This document shows, piece by piece, positions 38,970 to 50,725 of a stretch of 64,000 nt of DNA. Positions within the stretch are counted from its first letter, which is position 1. Each line of letters opens with the position of its first letter. The notes under the pieces are model-generated. The model was not told where the DNA came from. It did no database searches and saw nothing but the letters and a program-made list of their open reading frames with translations. The DNA comes from Acidobacteriota bacterium. GTDB lineage: Bacteria; Acidobacteriota; UBA6911; RPQK01; JADFOI01. The stretch lies in the NCBI GenBank assembly GCA_963663035.1, contig OY760074.1, positions 3,008,001 through 3,072,000 of the forward strand. Reading direction: 5' to 3'. Both the position numbers and the translations under genes were made by a program.

Positions 38970-40021
38970 ACCTCAACTTCCTTGTATTCTGGGTGTTTTT
39001 GGATAACTTCCTGCTGAGTGTAGTAGACCTGAATGGGTGCGGATTGGTAAAAACGGTTGAGTAAAAGGGAAACCTCGGTGTCCGTTCTTCGAGCTTTCTC
39101 CTTTTCCAACTGTCTGAGTCTTCTCACTTGCGGAAGTTGACGCAGGGCTTGGAGCAAAGAGCCGTAAAAGTGATAATCAAGTGCACATATCCGGGTCAGA
39201 AACAGCAGAAGCAACATGATCAGGTGACGGAAGAAATAGGTCGGGGAGTGCAGATTGATCCAATGGAAAAGTAGCCTGTTGCGAAAGGATTTCGCCTCCA
39301 CAAAGTGCTTACTAAAGTGGACATTAATGGTGGCACTGGTTCGGTGATGGGCAATACTGCGAGGTTCATAGTGAACTTCCCAACCCCTTTTCCATCCCCG
39401 GTAGGAGAGATCCACATCCTCCCAGTGGAAGGGGGAAAGGAGTTCATTGAAACCACCGACCGCCTCCAACTTTTCCCTACTGTAGGTGGAAAATCCGCCA
39501 ATCGCATAGGCTGACAAGAGTTTTCGCTCCTCGATCCACTCTGTGGCCGAGGGAGGAGAAACATCGTAGTTGAAATAGACGCTCCAGAACCCTCTGCGAA
39601 ATCGACCAAATCTGCCACCAGTGGCTAAGATCGGTTGATTCCATTCGAACACCTTCGCCGTCACAGCGAACACATTTGGATCTTGGAAGTGTAGCGTCTG
39701 ATAAACAAAATAATCTTCCTCCACCCGGACATCATTGTTCAGCAAGGCTATCACAGGGAAATGAGAGCTTTGGAACCCCACATTACAAGTGATGGCAAAG
39801 CCCTCGTTGCGCGGGCGTTTGATCAAGAACACCTCGGGAAATTCCGCGGGAATGGCCTGTGCGGTGTCGTCTCGACCACCGTCTTCAACCACGATGATTT
39901 CGGTCAAGCCACCTGTTTGACGGTGGTGGGCTCTGGCAGCTGCCTGGACGGAAGGCAGATTCTCGCGCAGCAGATGCAGACCGTTACAGGTGGGAATGAC
40001 GATGCTCAGATCGAAACTCAT
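38966..40021 (-). CDS. GT2 family glycosyltransferase
   Basis: IVIP, VEDGG.D, LLNND, WEDVDL.YR. Confidence 0.88.
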   Translation of the reverse strand: MSFDLSIVIPTCNGLHLLRENLPSVQAAARAHHRQTGGLTEIIVVEDGGRDDTAQAIPAEFPEVFLIKRPRNEGFAITCNVGFQSSHFPVIALLNNDVRVEEDYFVYQTLHFQDPNVFAVTAKVFEWNQPILATGGRFGRFRRGFWSVYFNYDVSPPSATEWIEERKLLSAYAIGGFSTYSREKLEAVGGFNELLSPFHWEDVDLSYRGWKRGWEVHYEPRSIAHHRTSATINVHFSKHFVEAKSFRNRLLFHWINLHSPTYFFRHLIMLLLLFLTRICALDYHFYGSLLQALRQLPQVRRLRQLEKEKARRTDTEVSLLLNRFYQSAPIQVYYTQQEVIQKHPEYKEVEV

Positions 40022-41566
40022 TTAGTCCACAACCAAGAGAGAGTTCCCAGTCATTTCGGGAGGCTTATCGATTTCCAGGTACTGGAGAATGGTGGGAGCG
40101 ATATCCTCCAATGCGCCGCCCCGGCGCAAGCTCAGCCCAAAGTGATCATCGACCAAAATGAAGGGCACAGGGTTGGTCGTATGTGCCGTGTGAACCTGAC
40201 CTGTTTCGGGATCAATCATTTGCTCGGCATTTCCATGATCGGCCGTCACCATCATCACTCCACCGATCTTCTGCAGCTTTTGAGAAATGCGTCCCGTGCA
40301 GGTGTCCACCACCTCCACCGCCTTCACTGTTGCCTCCAGCACTCCCGTGTGTCCCACCATATCAGCATTGGCGAAGTTTAGGATCACTACCTGGTAGGAG
40401 GCCAAATCGATTTCGTGCAAGAGCTGGTCGGTGATCTCAAAGGCACTCATCTCCGGTTTTAAATCATAGGTCGCCACCTTGGGCGAGGGAATCAGAGAAC
40501 GCTTTTCTCCTGGGCTGCACTCCTCTTCGCCACCGTTGAAAAAATAGCTGACATGAGCATATTTTTCCGTTTCTGCCAGTCGCAGGTTGCGGATGTTGTG
40601 CTCAGTGAAGAGCTTGACCAGAAGTCGCTTCAGTCGAATCGGAGGAAAAGCAAAGGGCCAGGAAAAAGTGTGATCGTACTCGGTCATGGTTAAAAAGTGT
40701 CGAACGGGATTCCGGGATCGTGGGAAGTGTTCAAACTCTGGCAGGACCAGGGCCCGTGTCAGCTGGCGGGCTCGATCCGCCCGGAAGTTAAAAAAGATCA
40801 CCGCATGCTCTTCCTCCAGCAGACCTAGCGCCTTGCCCTCTTCATCAACCAGGGTGAAGGGAACAATAAACTCATCGGTCACGTTCTCTGCATAGGAGGA
40901 ACGAATTCCTTCCAGCGGATCTAAGAACCCTTTCTCTGTGGTCCCTTCGACGATGGCGCGATAGGCCAGCTCCGTACGCTGCCATCGATTATCGCGATCC
41001 ATGGAGTAGTATCGCCCGCTGACGGATGCGATCCGACCCACTCCAATGCTCTTGAGTTCTTCCTGCAATTGCTTGAGATAGAGCACACCTCCCTTTGGAG
41101 AAGTGTCCCGTCCGTCGCTGAAAGCGTGAATATAGACTTCCTCGACTCCCTCTTGCTTGGCAAAACGCAACAGCGCCAGAAGATGGCGCAGTTGACTGTG
41201 TACTCCCCCATCTGAAACCAATCCGATCAAGTGGAGTGCGTTGCCTCGAGCCGCCTCCAAGAATCGACGAATTTCCTGAACTTCGAAAAAATCTCCGCAT
41301 TCGATGGAATCATCAATGCGAGTGATATCCTGATACACCGTCCGGCCGGCACCGATGTTCAGGTGACCCACTTCACTGTTCCCCATCTGGCCTTGGGGTA
41401 AACCGACTCTTGTTCCACTGGCCTCCAGGGACACCCAGGGATAGCGAGAATAAAGCTCTTCAAAGGTGGGCAGCTGAGCTTGAGCCATGGCATTTCCCTC
41501 TTTAAGGTCGCTCAAACCCCACCCGTCGAGCACCGCCAGTACCAGCACAGGCGGTTTAGCCCGCAC
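40022..41566 (-). CDS. gpmI: 2,3-BPG-independent phosphoglycerate mutase; GTG start lies inside element B3
   Basis: LDGWG, MGNSEVGH, SDGGVHS, DGRD, AETEKYAHV, NADMVGH, TADHGN. Confidence 0.93.
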   Translation of the reverse strand: MRAKPPVLVLAVLDGWGLSDLKEGNAMAQAQLPTFEELYSRYPWVSLEASGTRVGLPQGQMGNSEVGHLNIGAGRTVYQDITRIDDSIECGDFFEVQEIRRFLEAARGNALHLIGLVSDGGVHSQLRHLLALLRFAKQEGVEEVYIHAFSDGRDTSPKGGVLYLKQLQEELKSIGVGRIASVSGRYYSMDRDNRWQRTELAYRAIVEGTTEKGFLDPLEGIRSSYAENVTDEFIVPFTLVDEEGKALGLLEEEHAVIFFNFRADRARQLTRALVLPEFEHFPRSRNPVRHFLTMTEYDHTFSWPFAFPPIRLKRLLVKLFTEHNIRNLRLAETEKYAHVSYFFNGGEEECSPGEKRSLIPSPKVATYDLKPEMSAFEITDQLLHEIDLASYQVVILNFANADMVGHTGVLEATVKAVEVVDTCTGRISQKLQKIGGVMMVTADHGNAEQMIDPETGQVHTAHTTNPVPFILVDDHFGLSLRRGGALEDIAPTILQYLEIDKPPEMTGNSLLVVD

Positions 41567-41765
41567 TTCTCACACCCCCTCTACTGCATCGGCGCAATGA
41601 TCCGCCCTGACTGCGTTGCACGACCCGCAAGCGGGTACTCCTCGCCTCCTCAACGTACTCAAGAGTACGTTTGCGGGGGCCGACCCGTGGCGGGTACCCC
41701 TCGCGCGCCTTGTCAGGCCGGCCCTTCCGCCGCTTCGCGACGACCTGGCGTGAGAAATGCGGGCT
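41558..41765 (-). mobile_element. MITE-like element family AB (B-type ends), copy B3, inserted in the 5' end of gpmI
   Basis: TIRs AGCCCGCACTTCTCAC / GTGAGAAATGCGGGCT; TA at both junctions. Confidence 0.87.
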
Positions 41766-41821
41766 AGCCCCTCCTTTTATCATGACATTCACGTTTGCTC
41801 AAGACTACAGCTGTTAACTAT

Positions 41822-41970
41822 AGCCGTGATTATACATAGGTTTTCGTGACGAAGTGCCGCAGGCGCCGCGATGATAAGGCGTGCGAGGGGTACCCGCTTG
41901 CGGGTCGCACAACGCAGTCAGCGTGGATGATTGCGGCACTGCAGTAGAAAATCTATGCATTATCCCGGCT
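41822..41970 (+). mobile_element. MITE-like element family AB (A-type ends), short copy A3
   Basis: Near-identical to A2; left TIR slightly degenerate (AGCCGTGATTATACATA). Confidence 0.85.
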
Positions 41971-41978
41971 AAAAGGCC

Positions 41979-43374
<1,396 letters not shown>

Positions 43375-44361
43375 TTATTGTGCCTTCATTCGGCGAATTC
43401 GTTCCTGGACGCGCTCAAGGCTCTCTTGGATTTGCGGATCCTGGTGGATGTCGTGGGCAGTCTGATAGTTTTGGAGGGCTTTGTCGTACTTTTCCTGCTT
43501 TTCATAGACATAGCCTAGCCGCTCGTAAACTCCCCAATTCTCAGGTATGAGTCTGGCACTCTCCAAGAACTCTCTTTCTGCACTCTCCAGGTTCTCGGCA
43601 AAGAGCTGAGCTAAGCCAAGGTTGAAGCGGGCCTCTCCATCCTCTGGATTCTCACTCACATAAGCACCGAGAAGAGCTGCCGCTGCCGCAAAATTTTGGG
43701 CTTCGATGGCATCAATAGCTTCCTCATAGTGCAAACGCGAAAGGTAGTGCTTTGCTGAAGAGGCCGCTGGATCCAAGACCAGCGCTCGTTGCAGATATTT
43801 TTCCGCTTCCGAGTCATTCCCGACTCGGTAATAGGAAATTCCTAGTTGCAAGGCATCATCGGAATCTCCGCTCTGGATGGAAATAGCTTTCTGCAGATCG
43901 GAAATGGCTTGCTCGAAATCATTGACATTGTAGTAAGAAGAGCCTCGCGTATGATAGGTCTGGTATTGGTCTCGAGGGGATTGAGCATAGTTTTCGGCCT
44001 TGATCAGGGTGGGGATAACATCTCGAAACCTGCCACCGTTATAGTAGGCAAGTGCCAACCCATAGTAGGAGACGAAGTTGTCGTTCTTTAGCCGCAGGGC
44101 ATTCTGAAAAGCCTCAGCAGCCTTCTCGTAATCCTTGATCTTTAAGTAGGAATCCCCCAGGATCCGGTGGCCACTTTCATAATCAGGATGGGCCTTGACG
44201 ATCTGCTCGAATTCTTGGATAGCCTGCAAGTACTGACCCTGCTTATAATAGGATAACCCCTTCTGGTAGTCTCCTTCCTGAGCCATCAAGAGAGGCATCG
44301 TACAGGCCAGCAGCACAATCGAAAGAGCTCTTTTGTTCACTTTCTTACTCAAATATTCCAA
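43375..44361 (-). CDS. Secreted multi-TPR protein
   Basis: Signal peptide plus about 8 TPR units. Confidence 0.85.
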   Translation of the reverse strand: MEYLSKKVNKRALSIVLLACTMPLLMAQEGDYQKGLSYYKQGQYLQAIQEFEQIVKAHPDYESGHRILGDSYLKIKDYEKAAEAFQNALRLKNDNFVSYYGLALAYYNGGRFRDVIPTLIKAENYAQSPRDQYQTYHTRGSSYYNVNDFEQAISDLQKAISIQSGDSDDALQLGISYYRVGNDSEAEKYLQRALVLDPAASSAKHYLSRLHYEEAIDAIEAQNFAAAAALLGAYVSENPEDGEARFNLGLAQLFAENLESAEREFLESARLIPENWGVYERLGYVYEKQEKYDKALQNYQTAHDIHQDPQIQESLERVQERIRRMKAQ

Positions 44362-44785
44362 ACGCCTTCCAGCGTTCGATTTCCGTCCCGGTCGGAATGG
44401 AAATGTTTGCTACCTGTAGATATTGCAGCAGATCAAAAACCTCGATCATTACGAAGTAGGGAACATTCGGTTGGGTCTGGATGATGACGGGTTTCTCAGG
44501 ATTCTGCTCCATCTTCACTTTTATGTAACCGCCCATCTGCTCCAGCGTCATGGGGGTCTTATCCACCAGATACTGTCCTTGTCCTATGATCTTGATGTGA
44601 GTTGCCTCCTCGGGTTGCACATCAAGTTGGTTAGGGTCATCTTCAGGTAAGTCGAACTGCAATCCCCTTGTGGTGACAAATACAGCCGTCAACATGAAAA
44701 AGATGATCAGCAGGAAGGCGATATCAGCCATTGAGGAAGTCGGAATGGTAGCTCCGGCTGAAAGGTGCCCTCTTCTTAATCTCAT
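44345..44785 (-). CDS. Biopolymer transporter ExbD
   Basis: IPTSSMADIAFLLIIFFM. Confidence 0.88.
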   Translation of the reverse strand: MRLRRGHLSAGATIPTSSMADIAFLLIIFFMLTAVFVTTRGLQFDLPEDDPNQLDVQPEEATHIKIIGQGQYLVDKTPMTLEQMGGYIKVKMEQNPEKPVIIQTQPNVPYFVMIEVFDLLQYLQVANISIPTGTEIERWKAFGIFE

Positions 44786-45216
44786 TCAACACTCTCTGGG
44801 GCTAGTTTCTCCGTCAACAAGCCAATCTTCCTGGCCCCATTGAGGCGTAATTGTTCTAGTACAGCATCAATGAGGTCATAGCGAACCATACGATCGGCTT
44901 TGATGAGAAATTCCTTCTCCGGAATCCACTGAACGATCTCGGCAGTGAGCGGCCCCACTTCTCTTGCCGAGCCCAATGGGAGGGCGGCCCGTTCACCATC
45001 GGTGAATCGAAGGATGCCATCCGCTGAGATGGCTATGATTGCGGAATCTCTCGCTACTTCGGTCCTGATTAGTGATTGTGGAAGTTCTACATTGGTCCGT
45101 TCCTGGGAAAAAGAGGTCGTCAACATGAAGAAAACGACTAGCAGAAAGGCAATATCTGCCATGGAGGCGGTGGGAATTAAAGGAGCAATCCTACGAGATT
45201 GAGGACGGTTCTTCAT
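44782..45216 (-). CDS. Biopolymer transporter ExbD
   Basis: IPTASMADIAFLLVVFFM, IKADR. Confidence 0.88.
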   Translation of the reverse strand: MKNRPQSRRIAPLIPTASMADIAFLLVVFFMLTTSFSQERTNVELPQSLIRTEVARDSAIIAISADGILRFTDGERAALPLGSAREVGPLTAEIVQWIPEKEFLIKADRMVRYDLIDAVLEQLRLNGARKIGLLTEKLAPESVE

Positions 45217-45890
45217 ATCACCTGGGTTTGCTCTTCACCGATTTCTCCCGTGCTGCTTTCTCCGGGCGTTCCCTCCTCAATTTCACTGAAGGTCTCCAAG
45301 AGCATAGAAGAGCTGGTTTCCATGTCCAGGGCAAAGTTAGACACCCTATTATTGAAGTAATTGTAGGCAGCCTGGACAACCAAGGCGATGCTCAGGCCAG
45401 TGGCAGTCGTGATCAGGGCCTCCGAGATACCACCGGCCACCGCCTGAGGATTGCCCAATCCTACTTCAGCCAAGGCTTCAAAGGAGGCAATCATTCCTGT
45501 GACGGTTCCGAGAAAACCTAGGAGAGGGGAGATATTGGCCAGGGTGGCCAGGATCCACAGGCCTTTCTCCAATTTGGACAATTCATGCAAGGCCACGCTT
45601 TCCATGGCTTTTTCGATCTCGTCGCGGGACTTCCCGAAACGCAGCACTCCCGACTTCAGAGTGGTCGCCACGGGATGATCGAAGGATTCGCAAGACTCAA
45701 CAGAGCCACGGAAGTCTCTCGCTAGAAGCATGTCGCGAATGGTTGAAAAGATCTCTGCCGTATCTCCTTTGATCCGAGAGTAGGCGATGACCTTTTCTAT
45801 GATGAAAATCAGGCCAACTATCGAGCAGAGAAGCAGCGGCCACATCAGTGGGCCACCCTGACGAAAGTAGACGAAAAGAGTTCCGCCCAT
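45213..45890 (-). CDS. MotA/TolQ/ExbB proton channel
   Basis: GGPLMWPL, PLLGFLGTVTGMI, GISEALITTATGL. Confidence 0.92.
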   Translation of the reverse strand: MGGTLFVYFRQGGPLMWPLLLCSIVGLIFIIEKVIAYSRIKGDTAEIFSTIRDMLLARDFRGSVESCESFDHPVATTLKSGVLRFGKSRDEIEKAMESVALHELSKLEKGLWILATLANISPLLGFLGTVTGMIASFEALAEVGLGNPQAVAGGISEALITTATGLSIALVVQAAYNYFNNRVSNFALDMETSSSMLLETFSEIEEGTPGESSTGEIGEEQTQVI

Positions 45891-45974
45891 AACTTCTTAT
45901 TCCTCCAGTCTTTTGAGCGACACCCACTTAGATTCAGTGAAACAGGAAAAGTCTCGCCCTACTATTGATGAATC

Positions 45975-46004
45975 ATGATAATGGTGGCCTCTGGTTGAAG
46001 TCAA
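45975..46004 (-). promoter_or_regulatory. Putative sigma70 promoter for the exbB operon
   Basis: Minus strand TTGACT-18-TATCAT. Confidence 0.5.
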
Positions 46005-46035
46005 ACCGGCGGACCCGGCTGAGCCGCTCAACGTT

Positions 46036-47418
46036 TCAAGGAATCTTGATGTTGAGGCGTTTGAGTTTTTCGTTGAGGGTGCTCCGATTAACGCGGAGCA
46101 AGCTGGCGGCTTTCTTCTGACTCCACTCTGCTTGCTCCAGAGCCCTCATGATCACCGTCTTCTCATATTCCAAGACCAGATCTTTTAAACTGGCACCATT
46201 TTCAAGAGCATTCAAACGGCTGAGATTCACTGAGGTGGAAGGCACGATTTTACGAGGAAATAAGTCTTGAGTGATGAGGCCGTCATCAGGAGCCAACACC
46301 ACTGCCCTTTCCATCACGTTTTCAAGTTCTCGAACATTTCCCGGCCAATCGCACTCCATGAGCAGTTTCATTGTCGACTGGTCCAAGCGGCACTCCGGCC
46401 CATCATTCTCCTGAGAGAAGCGTTGGAGGAAGTGTTCGGCCAGAAGGGGAACGTCCCCCTTGCGCTCTCGCAACGGTGGAAGCCTGATGTTGATCACGTT
46501 TAAGCGGTAATAGAGATCTTCACGAAACTGGTGTTGTTCCACTGCTTCCTTGAGATCAACGTTGGTGGCGGCGATAATGCGGACATCCACCTTGAGATTT
46601 TCCAGTCCGCCCACCCGTCGGAATTCTCTCTCCTGGATCACCCGCAGTAACTTGGCCTGAGTGTCAAGGGGCAGGGTACCCACTTCGTCAAGGAAAATGC
46701 TTCCACCATCAGCAACTTCAAACAATCCCTGTTTACTGGAAATGGCCCCAGTAAAGGCCCCTTTCACGTGGCCGAACAGTTCACTTTCCAACAAATCGAT
46801 GGGGATAGACCCGCTGTTGACCGTTACAAATTCACCATTCGAGCGAGAACTGCAGTGGTGGATGGCTTTAGCCACCAACTCCTTGCCAGTGCCACTCTCT
46901 CCCACAACGAGAACAGTACTTCGACGCGGGGCCACTTGAGTAATCAAGTCGAAAACCTTTTGCATTTCCTCACTTTTGCCAACCATCTTCTCGAAGGTGA
47001 AGCGCTCTTTGAGAGTCCTCTTGAGCCCGCGGTTTTCGATTTCCAAACTGCGTTTTTTCAAGCCGTTCTTGACGACCAACAGGAGTTCCTCGTTCCTAAA
47101 CGGTTTGGTGATGAAGTCAAAAGCGCCGGCTTTGGTGGCCTCCACCGCATTTCCTACCGAACCGTAAGCAGAGATCATGACAACCACTGTATCGGAATCG
47201 ATCTGCCCTATTTGCTCCAGAGCCGCCAGCCCACCCATTGCGGGAAGCATGAGGTCCAGGAGAACGAGATCGGGGGACTCTTCCTCGACCTTTTCGACGC
47301 CTTCTTCACCGGTTGCGGCCCAAGACACACGATAGCCCTCTTGCTCAAGGAGTGTCGTGATGACATCGCGCATAATCTCTTCGTCATCAATAACCAGAAT
47401 GAAAGGTCGAGTTGACAT
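46036..47418 (-). CDS. Sigma54-dependent response regulator (NtrC family)
   Basis: REC domain, GESGTGKE, GAFTGA, DLYYRL, WPGNVREL, Fis HTH. Confidence 0.93.
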   Translation of the reverse strand: MSTRPFILVIDDEEIMRDVITTLLEQEGYRVSWAATGEEGVEKVEEESPDLVLLDLMLPAMGGLAALEQIGQIDSDTVVVMISAYGSVGNAVEATKAGAFDFITKPFRNEELLLVVKNGLKKRSLEIENRGLKRTLKERFTFEKMVGKSEEMQKVFDLITQVAPRRSTVLVVGESGTGKELVAKAIHHCSSRSNGEFVTVNSGSIPIDLLESELFGHVKGAFTGAISSKQGLFEVADGGSIFLDEVGTLPLDTQAKLLRVIQEREFRRVGGLENLKVDVRIIAATNVDLKEAVEQHQFREDLYYRLNVINIRLPPLRERKGDVPLLAEHFLQRFSQENDGPECRLDQSTMKLLMECDWPGNVRELENVMERAVVLAPDDGLITQDLFPRKIVPSTSVNLSRLNALENGASLKDLVLEYEKTVIMRALEQAEWSQKKAASLLRVNRSTLNEKLKRLNIKIP

Positions 47419-47431
47419 GGGCTGGGCTAAC

Positions 47432-50290
47432 TCAGTGGATACGCTTCAGCGGGAGATTGAGTCGAAAGGTGGAGCCCAGGCCTGCGCTGCTCTCCACGCT
47501 GATTCGTCCGGAATGCTCTTGGATGATTCCATAGCAGATGGAGAGACCGAGGCCTGTACCTCTCCCCACTTCCTTGGTCGTAAAAAAAGGATCGTAAATT
47601 CTTTTAATGTTTTGATCGGAAATCCCGGTCCCGGAATCCTTAATTCTGATCACCAGCTGAGAATCCTCACAGTGAGTCCTCACCGTCAGTTGACCGCCGG
47701 CAGGCATAGCGTCTTTGGCATTGAGAAAAAGGTTCATGAACACCTGCTGAAGCTTTCCTCCGTTGGCCGCGGTGGGAGGGAGCATTGGGTCCAGATCCAG
47801 CTTGACGTCAATATTGGTCTTTCGAAACTGGTGATCCAGCAGAGAAAGGGTTTCCAGCATCAACCCATTGATATTCACTGTCTGAAAGTCGGAATCTCTC
47901 ACTCGCGCGAGATTGAGCAAATTGTCCACAATATTGGAAGCTCGAAAGCTCTGTTTTTCGATCTTTTTCAAAACTTCATAGCGAAAGTCCTCAGGGGGAG
48001 TTTCCTTCAGAAGCATCTGCGTGTAACTGCAAACACCGGTCAGCGGAGTATTGATCTCATGTGCAATTCCCGCTGCCAGTAAGCCGATCGAGCTCAGTTT
48101 TTCCGACTGGAGCAACTGCTTCTCAAGTTGAACCTTCTCGGTGATATCGTCAAAAACCAGCAATGTGCCTGTCACGAGGCCATCCTGCAGGAAAAATGGT
48201 GCAAGAGTTATGTTCACCAATCGGCTGGGGCCTCCTTGCATTTGGATATTGGTCTTATAAAGTCGGCTGGTTTGGGCCGTTTCCCATCGTGGACCTTCGA
48301 CAATCTTCCCCATGGTACGGATGAGATCTGCTGGAAGGACTTCGGAAATATTTCTACCCAAGACCTTAGCTCGCTCCAGGCCACAGATCTCCTGCATGGC
48401 ATTATTCCAAACAGTTATTTCTCCTTCAGGACTCACGGCAAGAACACCCACTGTTATGCTCTTGACAATGTTTTCGCTGTAGGCCTTCAGCTGAGCTAAT
48501 TCACTGGTCTTGCCCTCAAGTGAGCGATAGAGTAAAGCATTATCGATAGCAATCGCAGCATAACCGGATAGAGTACCCATCAAGTCAAGATCTTCACTGC
48601 TGAGAAGTTCAGCATTAAACCGTTTCCCCATCGCCCAGAATCCAATGGCCCGATTATGCACCCGCAGCGGCTGAACATAATGCAAGTGGTATCGGGCCAG
48701 TTCCTTTCTGATGCGGTCAACCTGCTCACTGGGCAATAACAGAAGGAGCGGATTTAATTCTCGATCAAAATCGGAAAAAACGTCCTCCGGGACAACCAGT
48801 GCCTTCAGTCCATCCCCATTCAGTGGCAGATCCTGGCCGTGATAAAGCCGGTACACGTCTGCCTGAAAATCAACTCGGAGAAAAAAAGCCACCGGGGTTA
48901 CGTTCAGAGTTCTTCGAATCCGCTCTGCAATCTTCTCTGTGAGTGGCGAAAGTCTAATTTCTGAACTCAGCGTCCTACCGAAATCTGCTAACGACCGCCG
49001 GTAGTGATACTCCTCTTGATAGAAGTAGCGATCGATCTGGGTTTGAATCTTGTTTTTCAAAGGGGCGAACAGAATGGCCACCAAGAGCGCCGCCACCGCA
49101 AAAAGCACAAAGCCCGATTCCGGGGAAAAATCCTGGATGGCACGACCAATTAAGAGGACAATCCCCACATAGAGGCCTAAGAGCGCTGAACTAGCCAGAA
49201 CGTAGACCGCACCCTGTCTGAAAATCAGTTTGACGTCCGTGAGCCGGTGTTTGGTGATGGCGTAGCCGAAGCTCAAGGGTACCAGCGCCAACCCCAGCAG
49301 GGACACTTCCATGTAGGGAGAAATCGGCAGCCCGATCAAGAAGGGAAGAGCGTAAAAACAGACGAAGGGAAGGATGCCGATCAAAGTGCCCCAAGTGACC
49401 CACTTCATCTGCAGCCGGTGAATAAAAGAAGCTCCCACACGACTGGAATAAATCAGTACGACACTTCCCAACAGAAAAAGGGTCACAAAATGGGCTAAGT
49501 GAACCCGGTCGAAAAACAATGCCAGCCGTTCAACGCGTGGCAAACCAAGCTGCTGCAGACTGCCAGAAAACCAAAGTCCATGAAGTCCCAGCAGACAGAG
49601 AGCTGGTAGATATAAGACCCAGCTCAGGAAGGGTGAATTTCGAAGGAAGGAAACATGTTGGGGGAAATTGCAACAAAAGTGGAGGAAAAGCGGTGGCAGA
49701 AGTAAAAAGGCCGTGGCGGAACACCAGTAAATGAATACATCAAAGGTGTCAGCACGTCCCGAATAGCGATAAGCGTAAAGCACAAAGGCAACCAGACAAA
49801 TGAGATAAAACTGGAAAGCACCTCGAGCTTTCCAGTTGGGTAAGAATATAAATATTCCAACGCCCAGGTAGGCCAAGGCCAACACCCCAAGTAAGAGGTC
49901 AGTGAAGTCAGTGCCCAGGCTCAGTTGAATCTCGACAGCGTATGAAACCTGGTCACCCGATCCCGCCTTTTCTACCAGGTAGGTCACTTGGGCAGCCGGG
50001 GAAGAGGTTTCCATCAGCAGCTCTATGATTTCAGTGTACTCATCCAGGCCTTGGATACCTATGCCATTGATGCTGACCAGACGATCACCTTCGGCCAGAT
50101 CACTCAGCTCGGTTGGGGGGGGGGTTCTCACTGACTCCACCTCCACTCCTCGCTGCGTCTGGGTCCAGTTCACGCCATCAGACGGCCGCTTCCAAACCCT
50201 CCGGTCCAGCAGATTCAAAAGTCCGATGTACATGGAAAGGCCCGATAACACCAGGACCAAAACCACTTTGAAATGCCTGAATAAACCCAT
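47432..50290 (-). CDS. Multi-TM sensor histidine kinase (PDZ-like, TM bundle, GAF, PAS, HisKA, HATPase)
   Basis: GDRLVSING (PDZ), about 8-9 TM helices, AAIAIDNALLY (GAF), AHEINTPL, DSGTGI, FFTTK, GTGLGL; alternative start 50302. Confidence 0.9.
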   Translation of the reverse strand: MGLFRHFKVVLVLVLSGLSMYIGLLNLLDRRVWKRPSDGVNWTQTQRGVEVESVRTPPPTELSDLAEGDRLVSINGIGIQGLDEYTEIIELLMETSSPAAQVTYLVEKAGSGDQVSYAVEIQLSLGTDFTDLLLGVLALAYLGVGIFIFLPNWKARGAFQFYLICLVAFVLYAYRYSGRADTFDVFIYWCSATAFLLLPPLFLHFCCNFPQHVSFLRNSPFLSWVLYLPALCLLGLHGLWFSGSLQQLGLPRVERLALFFDRVHLAHFVTLFLLGSVVLIYSSRVGASFIHRLQMKWVTWGTLIGILPFVCFYALPFLIGLPISPYMEVSLLGLALVPLSFGYAITKHRLTDVKLIFRQGAVYVLASSALLGLYVGIVLLIGRAIQDFSPESGFVLFAVAALLVAILFAPLKNKIQTQIDRYFYQEEYHYRRSLADFGRTLSSEIRLSPLTEKIAERIRRTLNVTPVAFFLRVDFQADVYRLYHGQDLPLNGDGLKALVVPEDVFSDFDRELNPLLLLLPSEQVDRIRKELARYHLHYVQPLRVHNRAIGFWAMGKRFNAELLSSEDLDLMGTLSGYAAIAIDNALLYRSLEGKTSELAQLKAYSENIVKSITVGVLAVSPEGEITVWNNAMQEICGLERAKVLGRNISEVLPADLIRTMGKIVEGPRWETAQTSRLYKTNIQMQGGPSRLVNITLAPFFLQDGLVTGTLLVFDDITEKVQLEKQLLQSEKLSSIGLLAAGIAHEINTPLTGVCSYTQMLLKETPPEDFRYEVLKKIEKQSFRASNIVDNLLNLARVRDSDFQTVNINGLMLETLSLLDHQFRKTNIDVKLDLDPMLPPTAANGGKLQQVFMNLFLNAKDAMPAGGQLTVRTHCEDSQLVIRIKDSGTGISDQNIKRIYDPFFTTKEVGRGTGLGLSICYGIIQEHSGRISVESSAGLGSTFRLNLPLKRIH

Positions 50291-50339
50291 CAAATCACCC
50301 AACTGAGCTAATTAAGCATAGAATATCCAAAAGCTCTGG

Positions 50340-50356
50340 AGCAACTTCAGTGCCAA
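50340..50356 (-). promoter_or_regulatory. Sigma54 (-24/-12) promoter upstream of the kinase-regulator operon
   Basis: Minus strand TTGGCAC-TGAAG-TTGCT matches TGGCAC-N5-TTGC. Confidence 0.75.
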
Positions 50357-50525
50357 AGCCTGCATTGCACGACTGAGCATCTGTTACTGTTGCATACACA
50401 CCACATAGCCAGCCGGGCCTACCCGTACACTACAGGAACACTGCCCCCTGGTTCAAATTTTTGGATTTTGATTCAAAAATTTGAACCAGAATCCCCGTTA
50501 GCGTTTACGGAAAAGTGTTCTAGAA

Positions 50526-50725
50526 AGCCCGCATTTCTCAGACCAGCTCGTCGCGAAGCGGCGGAAGGGCCGGCAAACAGAGCCGTGGGCTTTAGCCCAC
50601 GGGCCCGCAGGCTAGAGCCTGCGGGCCCGACTGGCGCGCGAGGGGTACCCGCTTGCGGGTCGTGCAACGCAGTCAGGTCGGATCATTGCGCCGATGCAGT
50701 AGAGCGGGTGTGAGGAGTGCGGGCT
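50526..50725 (+). mobile_element. MITE-like element family AB (B-type ends), copy B4
   Basis: TIRs AGCCCGCATTTCTCA / TGAGGAGTGCGGGCT; TAGAA at both junctions; overlaps a TAG stop. Confidence 0.85.
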
